From: Candidatus Aerophobetes bacterium Ae_b3a | GTDB lineage: Bacteria > Aerophobota > Aerophobia > Aerophobales > AE-B3A | Reading direction: 5' to 3' | Assembly: GCA_005223095.1 (NCBI GenBank) | Contig: NJBQ01000004.1 | Span: 1 to 60,878 of the forward strand | Length of the DNA: 60,878 nt | Part shown: positions 58,404 through 60,878 of the stretch, in pieces | Layout of the letters: each line of letters starts with the position of its first letter | How positions within the stretch are numbered: the first letter of the stretch is position 1 | Program-made: the position numbers and the translations under genes | Notes under the pieces: generated by a model | Told to the model about the DNA's origin: nothing | Seen by the model: only the letters and a program-made list of their open reading frames with translations | Database searches by the model: none

Positions 58404-59489
58404 TTGGCATTAGCCAGAACAGGCAAGTCTCCTAATAGTGAGGTTAGACAGATGAATGAATGGGAACGTATTTGCAGGGAAGTCGTCAAAAATGGCTTAT
58501 TGAGAATTGATTCAGAAGATACTATTTGGTGGACAAATGAAATGATGGCTACCATGCTGGGGGTGCCTCACAGTAAGTTAGTAGGAAAGAAATACTACGA
58601 AATTTTGCCCAGGATAAAAAAGCCGCTCTCTTTTTATCCTCTTTCTTCTGTTGAGAAAGACAGCACCTCTACCCCTGATGAGATTTATGTTTCTCATCTA
58701 GATAAGTGGTTCTTGATAGAGTGTTTTCCTGATATTGACTCAAAAGAAGAAATCAAAGGAACAGTATGTTGTATTCAGGATATTACCGAAAGAAAAAAGA
58801 AAGAGGAACAATTAGAGCAAATGGACCGGGTCTCTGCTCTGGGAAATATGGCTGCCGCTATTGCTCACGAAATAAATAATCCCTTGGCCTCTATTTCTAT
58901 TGATCTGGAAAGACTACTGAAAGACAAGAACAATAGAAGATTGGCCAAAGACCACAGGAAAATATTACGGATGACCGAAAGGATTTCTGATATTGCTGGC
59001 ACCCTGCTCGATTTTTCCAGAAAAAGACCGCTTCAATTCAAGGACGAAGATGTCAATGCTATTCTCGATGAGGCTCTAGCTATGGTTGCCAATAGATTTG
59101 TGCTTGAGAATAAAAAGATTATTAGACGATATACTAAGAATCTTCCGTCCATAAAAGTTGACTCTCACCAACTTCAGCAAGCTTTCCTCAATTTGGCAAT
59201 AAATGCTTTGGAATCATTAAAAGAAAAAGGCCTTCTTTCTGTCATCACCAGCAATATGAGCCAAATGAAGTATGTGAAAATAACCTTTAGAGATACCGGG
59301 AGTGGCATTTCCAAAAAAGATATGAAAAAAATCTTTGATCCTTTTTTTACCACTAGACAAGGCGGAAGTGGACTGGGATTAACTATTGTTCATCGAATTA
59401 TCAATCAGCACGGAGGAACCATAGAAGTCAAAAGTGCTCTGGGCAAAGGAACGCGAGTGGATATTTCTCTACCTTCAGTGCTGAAATAG
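58404..59489 (+). CDS. PAS-domain sensor histidine kinase (start probably 58452)
   Basis: QDITERK, AHEINNPL, NL.INA, DTGSGI, FDPFFTT, GSGLGL. Confidence 0.93.
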   Translation: MALARTGKSPNSEVRQMNEWERICREVVKNGLLRIDSEDTIWWTNEMMATMLGVPHSKLVGKKYYEILPRIKKPLSFYPLSSVEKDSTSTPDEIYVSHLDKWFLIECFPDIDSKEEIKGTVCCIQDITERKKKEEQLEQMDRVSALGNMAAAIAHEINNPLASISIDLERLLKDKNNRRLAKDHRKILRMTERISDIAGTLLDFSRKRPLQFKDEDVNAILDEALAMVANRFVLENKKIIRRYTKNLPSIKVDSHQLQQAFLNLAINALESLKEKGLLSVITSNMSQMKYVKITFRDTGSGISKKDMKKIFDPFFTTRQGGSGLGLTIVHRIINQHGGTIEVKSALGKGTRVDISLPSVLK

Positions 59490-59531
59490 ATTTTAGACCT
59501 GAGGTTTTCTGGTAACTAGCCAGTGGGCTAT

Positions 59532-59565
59532 GTCATTGCGAGCAGCGAAGCGGCGAAGCAATCTC
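59532..59565. repeat. GTCATTGCGAG...GAAGCAATCTC palindromic repeat
   Basis: related to 18379-18406. Confidence 0.65.
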
Positions 59566-59596
59566 AGGTGTGCCTCCGGAAGATTCGCAGTGAGAG

Positions 59597-60295
59597 ATGG
59601 GAGTTTCGGTGGGATTTTCCCTGGTGTATGTTGATGGTATATCTATTAGACAGAAGGAACAATCAGCAATGAATAAAATCTCAGCAGGTGAAGAAGAAAG
59701 AATTAAAATAATGATCGTAGAAGACAACGTGGAAGTTGCTGAGTCTATCAAAGATTATCTCATTTCGGAAAATTTCGAAGTCACAATTTATAATGAGGCT
59801 CCTGGGGCATTAACAGAACTCCAAAAGGGAGTTTATCACCTTGTCCTTTTGGATTTGAGAATGCCCAAGATGTCAGGGGAAGAGATGTTGAGGAAAATGA
59901 GAGAGGGTGGCTGGAATATTCCAGTAATCATTCTTACAGCTTATCCCAGTGTAAGATCGGCCATCGAATCCCTGAAATTACAAGCCTTTGATTATATCGA
60001 AAAGCCCTTTAAAATGTCTCGTCTGCTGGACACTATTAACTCTGTAATTAAGGAAGAGGGAATTACTACCCGTCCCAAGGAAATATTGATGTCCAGGGTG
60101 GGTGAAAGAATGAGATTCTTACGGAATGAGAATAAACTCACCCTGAGACAATTGGCCACTCGAGCCGGAGTCTCACCAAGTTTGCTCTCCAAGATTGAGG
60201 TGGGAAGCAGTTCACCATCCCTTTTTACTATTTATAGAGTGACAAAATCCCTAGAGATAAGTCTGAGAAATTTCTTTGAGGATGTGGAGATTTAG
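59597..60295 (+). CDS. response regulator with C-terminal XRE-type HTH (start probably 59669)
   Basis: IVEDN, LLDLRMP, YIEKPF; LTLRQLA...GVS.SLLSKIE.G. Confidence 0.9.
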   Translation: MGVSVGFSLVYVDGISIRQKEQSAMNKISAGEEERIKIMIVEDNVEVAESIKDYLISENFEVTIYNEAPGALTELQKGVYHLVLLDLRMPKMSGEEMLRKMREGGWNIPVIILTAYPSVRSAIESLKLQAFDYIEKPFKMSRLLDTINSVIKEEGITTRPKEILMSRVGERMRFLRNENKLTLRQLATRAGVSPSLLSKIEVGSSSPSLFTIYRVTKSLEISLRNFFEDVEI

Positions 60296-60549
60296 TTTCT
60301 TCAATCTACCTACTCCTCAGCGAAACGCCAGATTCTATTTGACGCCAGAGCAGCCTGCCAAAAACATATCTCTAAAGCAAACATAACTAAGCTCAGCCAG
60401 GTCTGCTTTCCGGATTAGCTCTGTTGACTTATATTAAACTACTTGACATTTATTCAAATCTATTATATGATTGGTGAAAGGAATTACCCAGAATATAATG
60501 CAGAATCAAGCAAATAGAATTCCTTTAGAAAGCTAAGAGGCAAAGTAAA

Positions 60550-60878
60550 GTGTTTCGAGAGAAGGAACAGTACAATGGAGACCTCAAAGAATCCCAGGTT
60601 AAACGCACCCAGTCAGAAAAAATGGCTACTTCGGATATTATGGTTGCCGGTCTGGCACACGAATTGAAAAATGGAATGACGAGTATCCTCAACTTTGTTC
60701 AGTATTGCCTCAACGGGACTTCTAAAGAAGACAAAAGAGCTACTGCACTTCTGCTGAGCGGGAAACAAAGCGGTGTATAAATATTGTGCAGGATTTTCTA
60801 GCTTATTTACGTGTAGAGAAAGAAGCTGAAGAAGCACCTCAAGAAGTGAGTTGTGCTGTAATTATTGATCGAGTCTTC
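60550..60878 (+). pseudogene. frameshifted histidine kinase fragment (runs off the window edge)
   Basis: AGLAHELKN; continuation AERETKRCINIVQDFLAY lies in another frame. Confidence 0.7.

Overview
Bacterial chromosomal window of about 61 kb from an anaerobe. Gene content and style suggest an uncultured sediment lineage such as Ca. Aerophobetes, which is inference only. No rRNA, tRNA or CRISPR array was seen. Main blocks: (1) 1.1-15.1 kb, a comM (YifB/Mg-chelatase-like) hotspot where an intact comM is preceded by at least five decayed comM fragments on both strands and three copies of one promoter, interleaved with unrelated cargo (half-PurL plus PurM-like pair, integrase remnant, ankyrin and transglutaminase proteins, AbiE-type TA). 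(2) 17.6-25.4 kb, a tandem array of cassette-like genes whose first four units each follow a related sigma70 promoter; it includes trpS, an archaeal-type thrS and an MNT-HEPN pair. (3) Orphan rnfC and argD, followed by an uncharacterised four-gene membrane operon (28.3-36.4 kb). By eye it encodes two giant SPFH (HflC-like and HflK-like) proteins with large insertions, one carrying LysM, plus an M14 Zn-peptidase and an interrupted alpha/beta-hydrolase-like protein. This is the best candidate for an undescribed system. (4) A trxA-queF-cooC-RACo-DUF362-radical SAM-fur run downstream of a Fur-like box. (5) A decaying 8.6-kb carbohydrate island bracketed by a ~995-bp direct duplication of map 3'-end plus a TIGR01212 radical SAM gene. 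(6) mscS and a two-component pair. Several genes appear to use ATA or CTG starts, and intergenic regions carry modular heptamer/REP-like repeats. All family calls come from visual motif recognition, not database searches.
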